Shown: in pieces, positions 35,687 through 45,509 of the stretch
Layout of the letters: every line of letters begins with the position of its first letter
Numbering within the stretch: the first letter of the stretch is position 1
Source of the DNA: Lentisphaerae bacterium GWF2_57_35
Lineage (GTDB): Bacteria; Verrucomicrobiota; Kiritimatiellia; CAIQIC01; GWF2-57-35
Assembly: GCA_001804865.1 (NCBI GenBank)
Contig: MHBK01000061.1
Location: 9,547-73,546, forward strand
Length of the DNA: 64,000 nucleotides
Direction of reading: 5' to 3'
Made by a program: the position numbers and the translations under genes
The notes under the pieces: model-generated
Seen by the model: only the letters and a program-made list of their open reading frames with translations
Told to the model about the DNA's origin: nothing
The model's database searches: none

Positions 35687-36711
35687 CGACCGAAATTCCA
35701 TTTCCGCACGTTCAAGCGGCGCACTGCGAGAGCGGCGTCATATCTTCTCTCTTGCGCCATCGCGGCATCCCGATCGACGAACCCATGGCCTTTGGGATCG
35801 GCGCGGGCTTGTTTTTCGGCCATTTCCCGTTCGTCAAAATCGACCGGTGCCCCCTGACGACTTTTCGAATGCCTCCCGGCTTCATCATCGGCCAGTTATG
35901 CCGGGCCTTGCGGGTGAAGATCAAAAGCGAACGCTTTCAGGATCAGGCCACGGCGATGGCCGCGCTGGACAAAGCTTTAGGCGAAGGCATTCCCGTGGGC
36001 TTGCAGGTGGGCGTGTTCTGGCTGCCGTTCATGCCTCCGCCGATGAGATTTCATTTCAATGCCCATAATCTCGTGGTCTATGGCCGCAACGGAAACGATT
36101 ACCTGATCAGCGATCCTTGTTTCGAACATCCGGTGCTCTGCGAGGCCGCCGCCCTGGCCAAGGCCCGTTTTGCCAAAGGGCCGCTCGCGCCTCGCGGCCG
36201 CATGTATTATCTGCCTCCGGGGGCCGCGCCTTCGACGCCTGTGGGACCCGCGATGATCCGCGGCGCCCGACGGACCAGTTTCCTAATGATCCGGCAACCT
36301 ATTCCGTTTGTGGGTTGTCCCGGCATCGGATTTTTGGCGCGCCGCATGGAACAGTGGCCGCGCCGCGTGGGCTCCATGACGGCGGCCCGGTACATGGCCC
36401 AAGTCATCCGGATGCTGGAAGAGATCGGCACGGGAGGCTCCGGTTTCCGATTCCTGTTCGCGGCGTATTTGCGGACCATGGCCGGCTGCGTCGAGCCGGC
36501 GAAGGAATTGAAAATCCTATCGGACGAACTGACGGACATCGGCGACCGATGGATGGAGTTTGCCGTGGTCGGCGCCCGCATCTGCAAGGATCGCCTTCAG
36601 GACGAGGCGGCCTACGCCCAGGCGGCGGAAATCCTGAGGGACTGCGCCGTGCGGGAAAAAACCGCTTTCCGGCGTTTGGCAAAACTACCCCTTAAGGCGA
36701 TTCGCTCGTGA
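35683..36711 (+). CDS. BtrH_N/DUF4872-family protein (papain-like fold proteins found in acyl-transfer biosynthetic contexts)
   Basis: MTTEIPFPHVQAAHCESGVISSLLRHRGIP... matches the BtrH N-terminal domain signature (conserved Cys near the N-terminus). ATGA overlap upstream. Confidence 0.5.
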   Translation: MTTEIPFPHVQAAHCESGVISSLLRHRGIPIDEPMAFGIGAGLFFGHFPFVKIDRCPLTTFRMPPGFIIGQLCRALRVKIKSERFQDQATAMAALDKALGEGIPVGLQVGVFWLPFMPPPMRFHFNAHNLVVYGRNGNDYLISDPCFEHPVLCEAAALAKARFAKGPLAPRGRMYYLPPGAAPSTPVGPAMIRGARRTSFLMIRQPIPFVGCPGIGFLARRMEQWPRRVGSMTAARYMAQVIRMLEEIGTGGSGFRFLFAAYLRTMAGCVEPAKELKILSDELTDIGDRWMEFAVVGARICKDRLQDEAAYAQAAEILRDCAVREKTAFRRLAKLPLKAIRS

Positions 36712-37469
36712 GCCTTCCTTCCTCAACGGCCTTGGCCATCGAACTCCAGAACGTGCGGAAGAGCTATCGAAATAGCGATTCGCCGGCGTTGGATTTGGCT
36801 TCGTTGAATATCGCGCGGAACGAATTTTTTGGCCTGCTGGGGCCCAACGGAGCCGGGAAAACGACGTTGATCTCCATTCTCTACGGCATTCTCCGGGCGG
36901 ACGAGGGCTCGGTCAAGGTGCTGGGCGCTTCTCCCGACAACCGATCCATTCGCAGCCTGATGGGCTACGTTCCTCAAAACCTTGCGATCTACGAGGGGCT
37001 CACCGGCCGGGAGAATCTGCATTTCTTCGGACGGTTGTACGGCCTGAAAAAAGACGTCTTGCAGGAGAAAACAGAGCGGTTGCTGTCGCGTTTGGGCTTG
37101 GTCGATTGCGCCGATCGGCGGGTCAGCGCGTATTCCGGGGGAATGAAGCGGTTGATTAATCTGGGCGCGGGCATTCTGCATGAGCCGCCGTTGATCGTTC
37201 TCGACGAGCCGACCGTCGGCATCGATACCCATACAAGGCGATTTATTCTGGAGCTGCTCAAAGAACTCCACGCCGCCGGGGCGACCTTGTTTTTCACGAC
37301 CCATTACATCGACGAAGCCGAGCTGGGTTGTTCGCGGATTGCCATTATCGAGCACGGGAAAATCCTCGCGGAGGGAGCGTCGGGCGATCTATGCCGAAAA
37401 GCCCACTGCGAGACCCTGGAACAATTCTTTCTTTCCATAACCAAGAAAACCGCGGAAGGCTCTCCATGA
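36708..37469 (+). CDS. ABC transporter ATP-binding protein
   Basis: Walker A GPNGAGKTT, signature YSGGMKRL, Walker B LIVLDEPTVGID. Confidence 0.9.
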   Translation: MSLPSSTALAIELQNVRKSYRNSDSPALDLASLNIARNEFFGLLGPNGAGKTTLISILYGILRADEGSVKVLGASPDNRSIRSLMGYVPQNLAIYEGLTGRENLHFFGRLYGLKKDVLQEKTERLLSRLGLVDCADRRVSAYSGGMKRLINLGAGILHEPPLIVLDEPTVGIDTHTRRFILELLKELHAAGATLFFTTHYIDEAELGCSRIAIIEHGKILAEGASGDLCRKAHCETLEQFFLSITKKTAEGSP

Positions 37470-38668
37470 ACAGATGGCTGGCCCTTTTCAGCAAAGATTT
37501 AAAGCTCCTCCTTCGAGACCGGGCCGGGCTCGCGGTGCTGTTCCTCATGCCGCTGGCCTTGGTGATCGTCATCTCGATCGTGCATGACGCCGCCTTGAAG
37601 TCGCTCGAATTCAAGGCGCTTCGGGTGGCGGTGGCCATCGACCCCGCGGACCCTTTGAGCGGGCCCATTAAAAAAGCGCTGACCGAAGCGCCTGCTCTGG
37701 ATGTGGAGGAGGGGGCTGTGGACATGGAAGCCGCCATTCGGAGCGGGCGATTCAAGGCGGGCATTATCTTTCCGAAGAATTTTTCGGAAGGGATGAAGAG
37801 CTATTTGGCCGGCGCGCAGCCGGCGCCGGTCATTCAGGTGTTGTACGATCCGGCCCTGCCGGCCTCCTTCCGTCAGCTCGTGTCGCTGTCGGTGGAAAAG
37901 ACGATGACGGCGATAGAGGCGAATGTGCTCAAGGCCGCGCTGATGGGAGAGCAGCTTGAGAGCAACGACGAGCGGCTGGCCGAGCCATCCGGCGTCGCGG
38001 TCATAACCCGGCCGGACAGCGAGAAACAAGTTTACCCGACCTCCACTCAGCAGAACGTCCCGGCCTGGACCCTGTTCGCCTTGTTCTTTATCGCGCTGCC
38101 GTTGTCGGGCGCCCTTCTCGCGGAACGCCACAGCGGAATTCTAACGCGCCTGATGGTTTCGCCGGCGGCCTTCGGCGAATATTTAGGCGCCAAAGTGGCG
38201 GTCTACTGTCTCGTAGGGCTCATTCAGTTTGCGTTTATGCTGTGGGTCGGAATATGGATTCTCCCCCTGCTGGGCTTGCCGGCCTTGCAGCTGGGGACGG
38301 GATTTTTCAGGCTGTTTCTCATCGCGTTGTCTTCCTCCTTGGCCGCCGTGGGCTATGGGGTGGCCGTGGGAACCATTGCCGGCAGCCACCAGCAGGCCTC
38401 CATGTTTGGGGCCACGAGTATTGTCATCGCGGCTGCTCTGGGCGGGGTGATGGTGCCCGTCTTTGCCATGCCTCCGGGGCTTCGGCTGTTGAGCGACTTC
38501 TCGCCGCTGACTTGGGGGCTTAATGCCTATGTGGACGTTTTTTTGCGGGACAGCTCCCTCTTGGAAATTTTGCCCAATGTGGGACGGCTGCTTTGTTTTT
38601 CCTTGGTATCCACGGCCGTGGCGATCGGCTGTCATAAATACAAAAGGCTATTGCAGCATGATGCTTGA
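37466..38668 (+). CDS. ABC-2 type transporter permease
   Basis: ATGA overlap with the ATPase gene. MNRWLALFSKDLKLLLRDR... then six hydrophobic segments in the ABC-2 arrangement. Confidence 0.8.
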   Translation: MNRWLALFSKDLKLLLRDRAGLAVLFLMPLALVIVISIVHDAALKSLEFKALRVAVAIDPADPLSGPIKKALTEAPALDVEEGAVDMEAAIRSGRFKAGIIFPKNFSEGMKSYLAGAQPAPVIQVLYDPALPASFRQLVSLSVEKTMTAIEANVLKAALMGEQLESNDERLAEPSGVAVITRPDSEKQVYPTSTQQNVPAWTLFALFFIALPLSGALLAERHSGILTRLMVSPAAFGEYLGAKVAVYCLVGLIQFAFMLWVGIWILPLLGLPALQLGTGFFRLFLIALSSSLAAVGYGVAVGTIAGSHQQASMFGATSIVIAAALGGVMVPVFAMPPGLRLLSDFSPLTWGLNAYVDVFLRDSSLLEILPNVGRLLCFSLVSTAVAIGCHKYKRLLQHDA

Positions 38669-38933
38669 AGACCAACTTAAACAATTTCTCTGGCAGCAAC
38701 TGAACATTACCACGACGCCGCCGGACCTCTGGCCGAACGAAGCGCCTCTCTTTGACGGCGCCCTGGGCTTGGATTCCCTGGATGCCGTGGAGGTCGTCCT
38801 GGTCCTGAAAAAACACTACGGCATCCGGCTCCAAAACAGAAATCAGGCGCGCGATATTTTTTATTCCATCCAGACGCTGGCCGAGTTTGTCCGTCAGAAG
38901 CAGGCGTCCGGCGAGGCGATGGTTGTTGGGTAG
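38658..38933 (+). CDS. Acyl carrier protein
   Basis: LGLDSLDAVEVV phosphopantetheine-attachment motif. 91 aa. Overlaps the permease 3' end. Confidence 0.85.
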   Translation: MMLEDQLKQFLWQQLNITTTPPDLWPNEAPLFDGALGLDSLDAVEVVLVLKKHYGIRLQNRNQARDIFYSIQTLAEFVRQKQASGEAMVVG

Positions 38934-38985
38934 GGACGGCGCTCCGTCGCCGTCCGCGGCCCGCTACGGAGAGCGGGCCCTACCT
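38929..38985. repeat. REP family C, partial/rearranged copy between convergent operons
   Basis: GGTAGGGACGGCGCTCCGTCGCCGTCC is shared with copies 1 and 2, then a GGGCCCGCT-acggag-AGCGGGCCC hairpin. Confidence 0.6.
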
Positions 38986-39071
38986 TGAAGAGAATGAAGA
39001 AGAAAACATCGAACATCCAACATCGAACGCTGAACATCGAATTGCGGTCGGCCCTCTCGCCCTTCAGCGCT

Positions 39072-39998
39072 TCATCGTTCCAATAGCATGGCCGGGATGG
39101 CCGACGATTTGTCCACGCACAACACCTTCTGCACCTCTGGCGTTAGCTTCAAGGCGGCGCAGGCCAGACTGAATATATAGCCGGTGGGCATTTTGCCCCA
39201 AAGATGACTGTAGGATGCTCCGGTTGCGACGGCTTGGGTTTGATGGGGCGTAGGAAGCGGGATGATGCTGCTGTCGTCGACCAGGCATAAATCGGCTTCC
39301 ACGCCGCTACGCATGGGTTGGATGGAAGCTAAGCGAGACGAGGCCGGGCCGGACCGGCTCAAGAGCAAGAACGCCGAACCCTCTCCGGGAATGCGATCGG
39401 TCTTGTCGATCAATTGGCCTTCATGGAAAATGTAGAGCATCAGCTCGCCGATTTCGTCCACCGCGCCGAGCAAGACGTAATCGACCCGGCCGGAATCCAA
39501 CCATGCTTTCGCCACTTGCAGGGCCTGTCCTACCGCGGACTGAAAATGAGTGATCGTCGTGGCGGGGCCGTGCGTCTTGAGCATGTTGGATACGTAGGCG
39601 GCCGCCGAGTTGTGAACCGAATGGGAAAAGTGCGTGGGCGAGCCCTGATCCAGGCCGTACTGAATCAACCCTCCGCTGAACTCCATGTTGGAGGCATGCG
39701 GGCCCAAGCCGGTAGCCAGGACGATGCCCACCCGATCCAAAGGAGGCGGCAAGCTGCTTTCAAGGCAATCGGCTGCGGCCAGCATCGCCATTTTCCCAAA
39801 ACGATTTGCCCGGCGGGCCGCCCGGATGGCGGGAATGTCGAATAGATCGTCCGGTATCGAGTAGACCGGCGTCGAGATTTCCTGGCGATGGGGCAAGCGA
39901 TAGGTCGAAGGTGGAGCCACGCCGTTGCTCAGGGCGTCCTTCAACGCGCCCATTCCCTTGCCAAAGTGTGCGACCAAACCTATGCCTAAAATATCCAT
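39072..39998 (-). CDS. KS-like chain-length-factor (CLF) type protein lacking a catalytic cysteine (ApeC-like)
   Basis: Thiolase-fold similarity (VGIVLATGLGP...SHSVHNSAAAYVS...) without a Cys in the active-site position. 8-nt gap to the upstream KS gene. Confidence 0.65.
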   Translation of the reverse strand: MDILGIGLVAHFGKGMGALKDALSNGVAPPSTYRLPHRQEISTPVYSIPDDLFDIPAIRAARRANRFGKMAMLAAADCLESSLPPPLDRVGIVLATGLGPHASNMEFSGGLIQYGLDQGSPTHFSHSVHNSAAAYVSNMLKTHGPATTITHFQSAVGQALQVAKAWLDSGRVDYVLLGAVDEIGELMLYIFHEGQLIDKTDRIPGEGSAFLLLSRSGPASSRLASIQPMRSGVEADLCLVDDSSIIPLPTPHQTQAVATGASYSHLWGKMPTGYIFSLACAALKLTPEVQKVLCVDKSSAIPAMLLER

Positions 39999-40006
39999 AA
40001 GCCCGT

Positions 40007-41179
40007 TTATATTTTTCCCAGGATCAGGGCCGCATTGCTGCCGCCGAAGGCCAGGGAGGTCGACAGGGCAAACTTTCCGTCGACCGTTGTGGTTTGCCGG
40101 GGCGGTGTAATTGGAATATCGGGGTCCTGTTCTTCAAATCCCACATTGGCGGGAATCCATCCTTCTTCCAGGCCGATGGCCGTAAATACGGCCTCCATCC
40201 CGCCGACGCCTCCCAACGCGTGGCCGGTATATCCCTTGGTGGAAACCACCGGCGTCGACGCGCCAAAAATGCGGGCCAGCGTGCAGCCTTCGATGCGGTC
40301 GTTGTCCGGCGTGGCGGTTCCGTGGGCATTGATGAAGCCCATGTCCCGTTCTTCGAGTTGTGCGCCAGCAAGGGCGGTGCGAATGGCCCGTTCCAATCCC
40401 AAGCCATCGGGATGGGGCGCCGTCATGTGATGGGCATCGCTGGCCGAGCCGTAGCCTGCGACAAATAACCGCGGCGAAATGCCGCGGGCTCTGGCGGCGG
40501 GTTCGCGCTCCAGCACCAGCACGCCCGACCCTTCTCCCAAGTTCAACCCTTGTCGGTTCTTGTCGAAGGGACGGCAGGGCTCGGGACTCAACACGCCCAA
40601 GGAGTGGAACCCGCCATAGGAAACCAGGCTGAGTTCATCCGCTCCGCCGGCCAGGGCGATATCGCACAGGCCGCTGCGCAAGTAATCCAGCGCCAGGCCC
40701 ATGGCATCCGTTCCGGAGGCGCAGGCATTGGTCACGGTGACGCGCGGGCCCGCTGCGACGCCCAGCCGACGCCCCATGCGGTCCGCCAGATTGCCGGCAA
40801 AAAAACGCGTTGGAGAGACCGGAGAGAACGGCCCTCCGGTATAAAATCCCCGCTGAAATTCAAGATCGTTCAATTGGCAGGCGGTGGTCGTGCCGAGAAA
40901 AATGCCCAGGACCGATCGGGTAGGCAGCGTCTCCAGTCCGGCCTGGCTCAAGGCCTCCGATACGGCCTTCCACGCCAGCTTGAAAACCCGCATTTCATCG
41001 GCGGAGGCGGCATAGGCCGGATTGGAAACCTCATAGACAGGTCCCTCGAACGGAGCGGTAAACCACGAAGGTTTTTGGCAGGCGCGTTGGCCGGCCCTCA
41101 AGGAATCACGGTGTTGAGGCAGATCGTTTCCAGCCGCAGACAGGCAGCCCATTCCCGTTATGACAATACGCTCAGACAT
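40007..41179 (-). CDS. Beta-ketoacyl-ACP synthase (KS; ApeO/FabF-like)
   Basis: VTNACASGTDAM (Cys), FINAHGTATPDND (His), GYTGHALGGVGG (His). Confidence 0.9.
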   Translation of the reverse strand: MSERIVITGMGCLSAAGNDLPQHRDSLRAGQRACQKPSWFTAPFEGPVYEVSNPAYAASADEMRVFKLAWKAVSEALSQAGLETLPTRSVLGIFLGTTTACQLNDLEFQRGFYTGGPFSPVSPTRFFAGNLADRMGRRLGVAAGPRVTVTNACASGTDAMGLALDYLRSGLCDIALAGGADELSLVSYGGFHSLGVLSPEPCRPFDKNRQGLNLGEGSGVLVLEREPAARARGISPRLFVAGYGSASDAHHMTAPHPDGLGLERAIRTALAGAQLEERDMGFINAHGTATPDNDRIEGCTLARIFGASTPVVSTKGYTGHALGGVGGMEAVFTAIGLEEGWIPANVGFEEQDPDIPITPPRQTTTVDGKFALSTSLAFGGSNAALILGKI

Positions 41180-41209
41180 CTGCGTTCTCGGGCTAATGGG
41201 GCCGCCTGT

Positions 41210-41482
41210 CTACTTTGTCCGGTTGACTTTAATGTAATCCGCCAAGGTGTCGATCGACTGAAAAACCTGGCGCCCCATGGCGGCGTCTTGCAGCGTGATG
41301 CCGTAATGCCGCTGCAACAGCACCACGATTTCCACCGCATCCAAAGAATCGAGGCCCAGTCCTTCGCCAAACAAAGGCGCAGCGTCCACGATGTCTTCGG
41401 GGCGAACGTCGACCAGCGACAACTGCGCCACCAACAATTCCTTCAACTGAGTCTTCAACGCGCTTACATCTTGTTCGGACAT
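41210..41482 (-). CDS. Acyl carrier protein
   Basis: LGLDSLDAVEIVVLLQRHYG DSL motif. 90 aa. Confidence 0.85.
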   Translation of the reverse strand: MSEQDVSALKTQLKELLVAQLSLVDVRPEDIVDAAPLFGEGLGLDSLDAVEIVVLLQRHYGITLQDAAMGRQVFQSIDTLADYIKVNRTK

Positions 41483-41514
41483 ATTACCTCGAATGATTCG
41501 TTATGCGAGATGAC

Positions 41515-42099
41515 CTAGATCTCTTTGAGAATGGCGTCTTTTCGCGTCTTGTATTCGTTTTCGTCGATCAAGCCCTTCTCAAAGAGCTCCTGCAACTTTT
41601 GGAGTCGTTCTTCCACGGTTTGCTGAGCGGGAGTTTCGGCGGCGGGAGCAGCAGCGGGGGCGGTTGCGGCGGGCTGCACGGATGAATCGACGGTGCTGCC
41701 AGCAATGCCTCCGGCTTTCTTGGCTAAAATTTTCTTGTCGATATGAGCCCGTAGATTCTGCACCCAACGGTGGTAACTCGCATGAATCTGAGTTCCATCA
41801 TACTCCAAATTCTCGCTGTCCTTGTACGAGATGGTATATTTTTTTGTGTCGTATTTGATGTCGACGACGACTTTGAATTGTCGAACCAGAAGCGTGCCGA
41901 CCATATGGCCCGGCTCCTTTTTCTCCATGCCCCAGCCCGTGATGGCGGCGGCGCCCCCTATAATGCACGCTTCTACATCCGCCAGGGTGGGTAAATCTGT
42001 TGGAGACGAGAATTCCTGAATCGGCGCCAAGCGACCAGCTTGAACATTCAACGCAACCAAAGTCATTAGGGCAAACGCAGATATCCAACGCATTTTCAT
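41515..42099 (-). CDS. Secreted/periplasmic protein with C-terminal SHOCT domain
   Basis: Signal peptide MKMRWISAFALMTLVALNVQA from the internal ATG at 42099 (the track ORF extends to 42273). C-terminal LQKLQELFEKGLIDENEYKTRKDAILKEI is a SHOCT-type motif. Confidence 0.55.
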   Translation of the reverse strand: MKMRWISAFALMTLVALNVQAGRLAPIQEFSSPTDLPTLADVEACIIGGAAAITGWGMEKKEPGHMVGTLLVRQFKVVVDIKYDTKKYTISYKDSENLEYDGTQIHASYHRWVQNLRAHIDKKILAKKAGGIAGSTVDSSVQPAATAPAAAPAAETPAQQTVEERLQKLQELFEKGLIDENEYKTRKDAILKEI

Positions 42100-42302
42100 T
42101 TTATAACCCTTTCTTGAAACCACCATTTTCTTGTTATTCCATGTACCGGTTCGACCCCGTCGTACGCCGCCGAATCGATGTGGCCTTATAGCATGACGGT
42201 AAGCCGGAAGTCCATTCCCGGATGAACGATTTTCCTGCTGGAGACGGGACCGCCTGGCCTGTCTTTTATACACATTTCATTTGAGCAACTTCTTGCGTCT
42301 CG

Positions 42303-42851
42303 TCAGTTGCCGGGCGTGAAGGGTTTGGCGGCCAGGTTGAGCTTCGGACGCGTTGGGGGTTCCACCGGGCCCGTCAGGGTGGGATCTCTCTGGGATTCGC
42401 GCAGCGCCCACAAGATCGTATCCTTGACTTCATCGTCGGTACGGGCCAGCCGTTGGGCCAGCTCGCGGGCCATGCCGCGATACACTTTGAGCCCCAGCAT
42501 GGGTTCGTCCTGCACCAATCGGTCAAACGCATCGCGTTCGAATTCGACCAGAACGGCCTGCGACAAGGCCACCACGCTCGCCGACCGAAAAATGACGCCC
42601 AAAAAGCCGACTTCCCCCAGCAAATCGCAGGCGCCCAACTCGACCAGCTTGCGATGTTTGCCGTCGCCGAGATTCTTGCGTACCTCGACCCTCCCGGAGA
42701 TGACCAGAAAAAACGAGGAGCCCGTCTGCCCCTCGTGGATGATGAAGTCGCCCCGCTGGTATTTGCGCACTTTGCCAATACTTTCCACACGGCTGATTTC
42801 CGTCGGCGTCAGATCGTCGAAAAACATATCGTCTCCATGTTTCAGGCGCAT
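42303..42851 (-). CDS. Cyclic-nucleotide-binding (cNMP/Crp-like effector) domain protein without an obvious DNA-binding domain
   Basis: Beta-roll with GEVGFLG...RSASVVA signature. Start uncertain (ATG 42851 or 42827). Confidence 0.7.
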   Translation of the reverse strand: MRLKHGDDMFFDDLTPTEISRVESIGKVRKYQRGDFIIHEGQTGSSFFLVISGRVEVRKNLGDGKHRKLVELGACDLLGEVGFLGVIFRSASVVALSQAVLVEFERDAFDRLVQDEPMLGLKVYRGMARELAQRLARTDDEVKDTILWALRESQRDPTLTGPVEPPTRPKLNLAAKPFTPGN

Positions 42852-42881
42852 AGTATAACGCAAAGAGAAGTCCGGCGGCAA

Positions 42882-43545
42882 CTCTAAGGAATTGGGAAGG
42901 ATCTTTGAGCGTTTGCTGCACCAGGTCGGACTGATGCGGCGGCAGGGTCAGAGCGAAATTCGACCGTGCCTTGCCATGCCGGGCGTGAGCCTGCGCTTCG
43001 ATCTGCATAGCCAGAATGTTCCGGCTCCAGCCGTTGGCGAGAGTCTTTTCCATGTACCAGCGGCGGGCAGCAAGGTCTTTAACCTTCTCCATTAGGACGA
43101 CATGGTGAAACCATGGAATAGCCCACAGAAGTGAATTGGACATTTGTGCCGCAGCTTGCGGCACTTTTACGAGGGGCTGCAATTGTGCCGCAGGTTGCGG
43201 CATCATTGAGCGTTCCGTTAATTTCGCCGCCGCTTGTGGCAAAACTGCGGTTGGATCAGGGTATTCCCGATAAAAAGCCAACATACGCTTGATATTCCGC
43301 TCGGAAAAACCCTTCAATTCCGGCATTTCGTTCCTCAGTTCGGTCGCCAACCTGGGAATGACGCCCGCGCCCCAACCTTCACGTTTCTGGCGTATATCGA
43401 TCGTCTGGCCAATGTCCCAATAAAGACGAACCAGCTCCGAATTGACGGCCAAAACCGCGCGGGTCTGGGCGATCTGAATACGTTGCTTCACGTCGATCAG
43501 CAGCGCGGTAAATTCTTTTCTATCGACGCTCCCTTTATTTGCCAT
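42882..43545 (-). pseudogene. Truncated YhcG/DUF1016-family protein (N-terminal domain of a PDDEXK-nuclease family protein), probable remnant
   Basis: GGAGGA RBS before ATG 43545. KEFTALLIDVKQRIQIAQTRAVLAVNSELVRLYWDIGQTI...EGWGAGVIPRLATELRNEMPELKGFSERNIKRMLAFY matches the DUF1016 N-terminus. No C-terminal nuclease domain. The frame instead reads through 350 bp into the cNMP gene (track ORF 42523..43746). Confidence 0.55.
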
Positions 43546-43761
43546 GGTCGATATCCTCCAAGTTGGCCCAGATGAGTTAGTCGAGTTTGACGGCTTGTTT
43601 GGTTTGTTCGAACAGATCGTCGAAAAACATATAGTCTCCCTTTCCGGACGCCTATCATAGCGCAACGCGTCCCTGTTCGCAACTCCGACGCTCATCGCAA
43701 AATCGCTCTTGGAGACCCTGCGGTTTGCTGATATAGACAAAGGCATTCAAGGAGGTAGATT

Positions 43762-44298
43762 ATGAATTGTCCAGCTTGCAAAAAAGGTCCTTTGGAATCC
43801 AGCGAGCATGTCGAGCTTCCCAAAACGTTGCTATGCCCCTATTGCCAGGGCCAATGGATACAGGCGTCCAGATATTGGAGCTGGGTTGAACAGCATGGCG
43901 CCAATCTGCCCGAGAAGCCGGCGCCCGAACAAGTCTGGCAGCCCATCGACAGCCATCGCATTCTTCTGTGCCCGGAATGCGGCGCCTTGATGATGCGGTT
44001 CAAAGTGGGTCATGGCGTCGGGTTTTCCATCGATCATTGCAGCGCCTGCGGCGGCATCTGGTTCGATCGGAACGAGCTGGAGGCTTTGAAGGATCGCAAC
44101 CTGCACGACGACATCCATTTCATCTTCAGCCAGGCTTGGCAACACCAAGTACAATCGCAGCAAAACAACGCACTCTACCAGAAGCGAATGGAGCAGTTGT
44201 TGGGCGCGGAAGACTTCCTGGAAGCCAAGCGGATCAAGGGCTGGTTGTCCCAACATCCGAAGCGCTCGATCATCCAGGCGTATTTAACGAACAAATAA
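43762..44298 (+). CDS. Protein with two TFIIB-type zinc-ribbon domains
   Basis: CPACKKG...CPYCQGQW and CPECGA...CSACGGIWFDRNELEAL. Confidence 0.6.
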   Translation: MNCPACKKGPLESSEHVELPKTLLCPYCQGQWIQASRYWSWVEQHGANLPEKPAPEQVWQPIDSHRILLCPECGALMMRFKVGHGVGFSIDHCSACGGIWFDRNELEALKDRNLHDDIHFIFSQAWQHQVQSQQNNALYQKRMEQLLGAEDFLEAKRIKGWLSQHPKRSIIQAYLTNK

Positions 44299-44312
44299 GG
44301 AGTCCAGTCCCC

Positions 44313-45365
44313 ATGAAACATTCGATTCTCGCCTGTCTCTCGTTATGCCTGGGTACGGCGTATGCTGGTACGGCGCCGTTGGTGATTGACCATACCTGCA
44401 CGGACATCTCGCAGATTCCCGCCGCCTGGATTGCGGCGGTCAAATCCAATGTGGTCTGGCACTACGCGCATACCTCCCATGGCAGTCAGCTCAACAGCGG
44501 CTTGGCGGTGCTGAACAATCAGGATGCGCGGTTCGGTTTCGCGCGCGGCTACTGTTCGCTGCCCTCCACGCCCAATGCCTTGCGCATGTACGACGGACAG
44601 ATCGACAACGACTATATTTCTCCCGATCTTTACTGGGAGGGCTCCTCCGGGATCGCGCTTACCCAGCAGGTCCTGAGCAACAATCCCTCGCTGAATGTCT
44701 CCATGTGGGCTTGGTGTGGGCAGGCCGGCTATTACAACTCCACGCAAATATCGAATTATCTCCACCAGATGTCCGCGTTCGAGACGCAGTTCCCCAACGT
44801 GACCTTCGTCTATATGACCGGTCATCTGGACGGCAGCGGCGTGAATGGAACCCTGAACCGGCAAAACAACATGATCCGCGAGTACTGCCGCAAGAACAAC
44901 AAGGTCCTTTTCGATTTTGCCGACATCGAAAGTTACGATCCGAGCGGAAACGAATTTATGAGTCGCGACGCTACAGACGAATGCGATTATTCGGGCGGCA
45001 ACTGGGCGGTCGAATGGTGCGCCGCCCATCCGGGCAGTCCCTTGTGCGATTACTGCGATTGCGCGCACTCTCAGCCGGTGAACTGCAACCAAAAAGGCCG
45101 TGCGGCGTGGTGGATGTTTGCCCGGCTGGCCGGCTGGCCGGGAGCTCCTTCCGGAGCTTCCTCCCAACTCCAGCCTGGAGGCGGCCTGGAGTTGGGCTGG
45201 GATAATCTCTGCTCCGGCACGGTGTATCAAGTAAGTCAGACCACCGGCTTGACGAACCAGGCGTGGGTAGCCGAAACCATTTTCACGAATCGAGGCTTCC
45301 AGCAAATCTGGACCAACTCCAATCCGACTCATCCGGCGGCTTTTTACCGACTCGAGCGCAGGTAG
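44313..45365 (+). CDS. Secreted Cys-rich hypothetical protein
   Basis: AAGGAG RBS. Signal peptide MKHSILACLSLCLGTAYA. No family recognised. C-terminal Cys cluster. Confidence 0.55.
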   Translation: MKHSILACLSLCLGTAYAGTAPLVIDHTCTDISQIPAAWIAAVKSNVVWHYAHTSHGSQLNSGLAVLNNQDARFGFARGYCSLPSTPNALRMYDGQIDNDYISPDLYWEGSSGIALTQQVLSNNPSLNVSMWAWCGQAGYYNSTQISNYLHQMSAFETQFPNVTFVYMTGHLDGSGVNGTLNRQNNMIREYCRKNNKVLFDFADIESYDPSGNEFMSRDATDECDYSGGNWAVEWCAAHPGSPLCDYCDCAHSQPVNCNQKGRAAWWMFARLAGWPGAPSGASSQLQPGGGLELGWDNLCSGTVYQVSQTTGLTNQAWVAETIFTNRGFQQIWTNSNPTHPAAFYRLERR

Positions 45366-45509
45366 CAACTCCTCATGATAATGGTTGCTGTTGAACTATA
45401 CAGAGAACTTGTTTGACGCATATGTTAAAGAGAAAAAATCTCTCAAAAGTATTGTAATTTTTGGAAAGATAGTAAATAATTGATTTCTAAAGAGAAAAGG
45501 TCTCCTAAA

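Noticed and set aside
42523-43746. Full 407-aa minus ORF spanning the YhcG-like region and 350 bp of the cNMP gene
   Set aside because: Only residues from ATG 43545 match DUF1016_N. The downstream part overlaps a well-supported cNMP-binding gene in another frame and has no nuclease-domain similarity. Treated as a truncated remnant.
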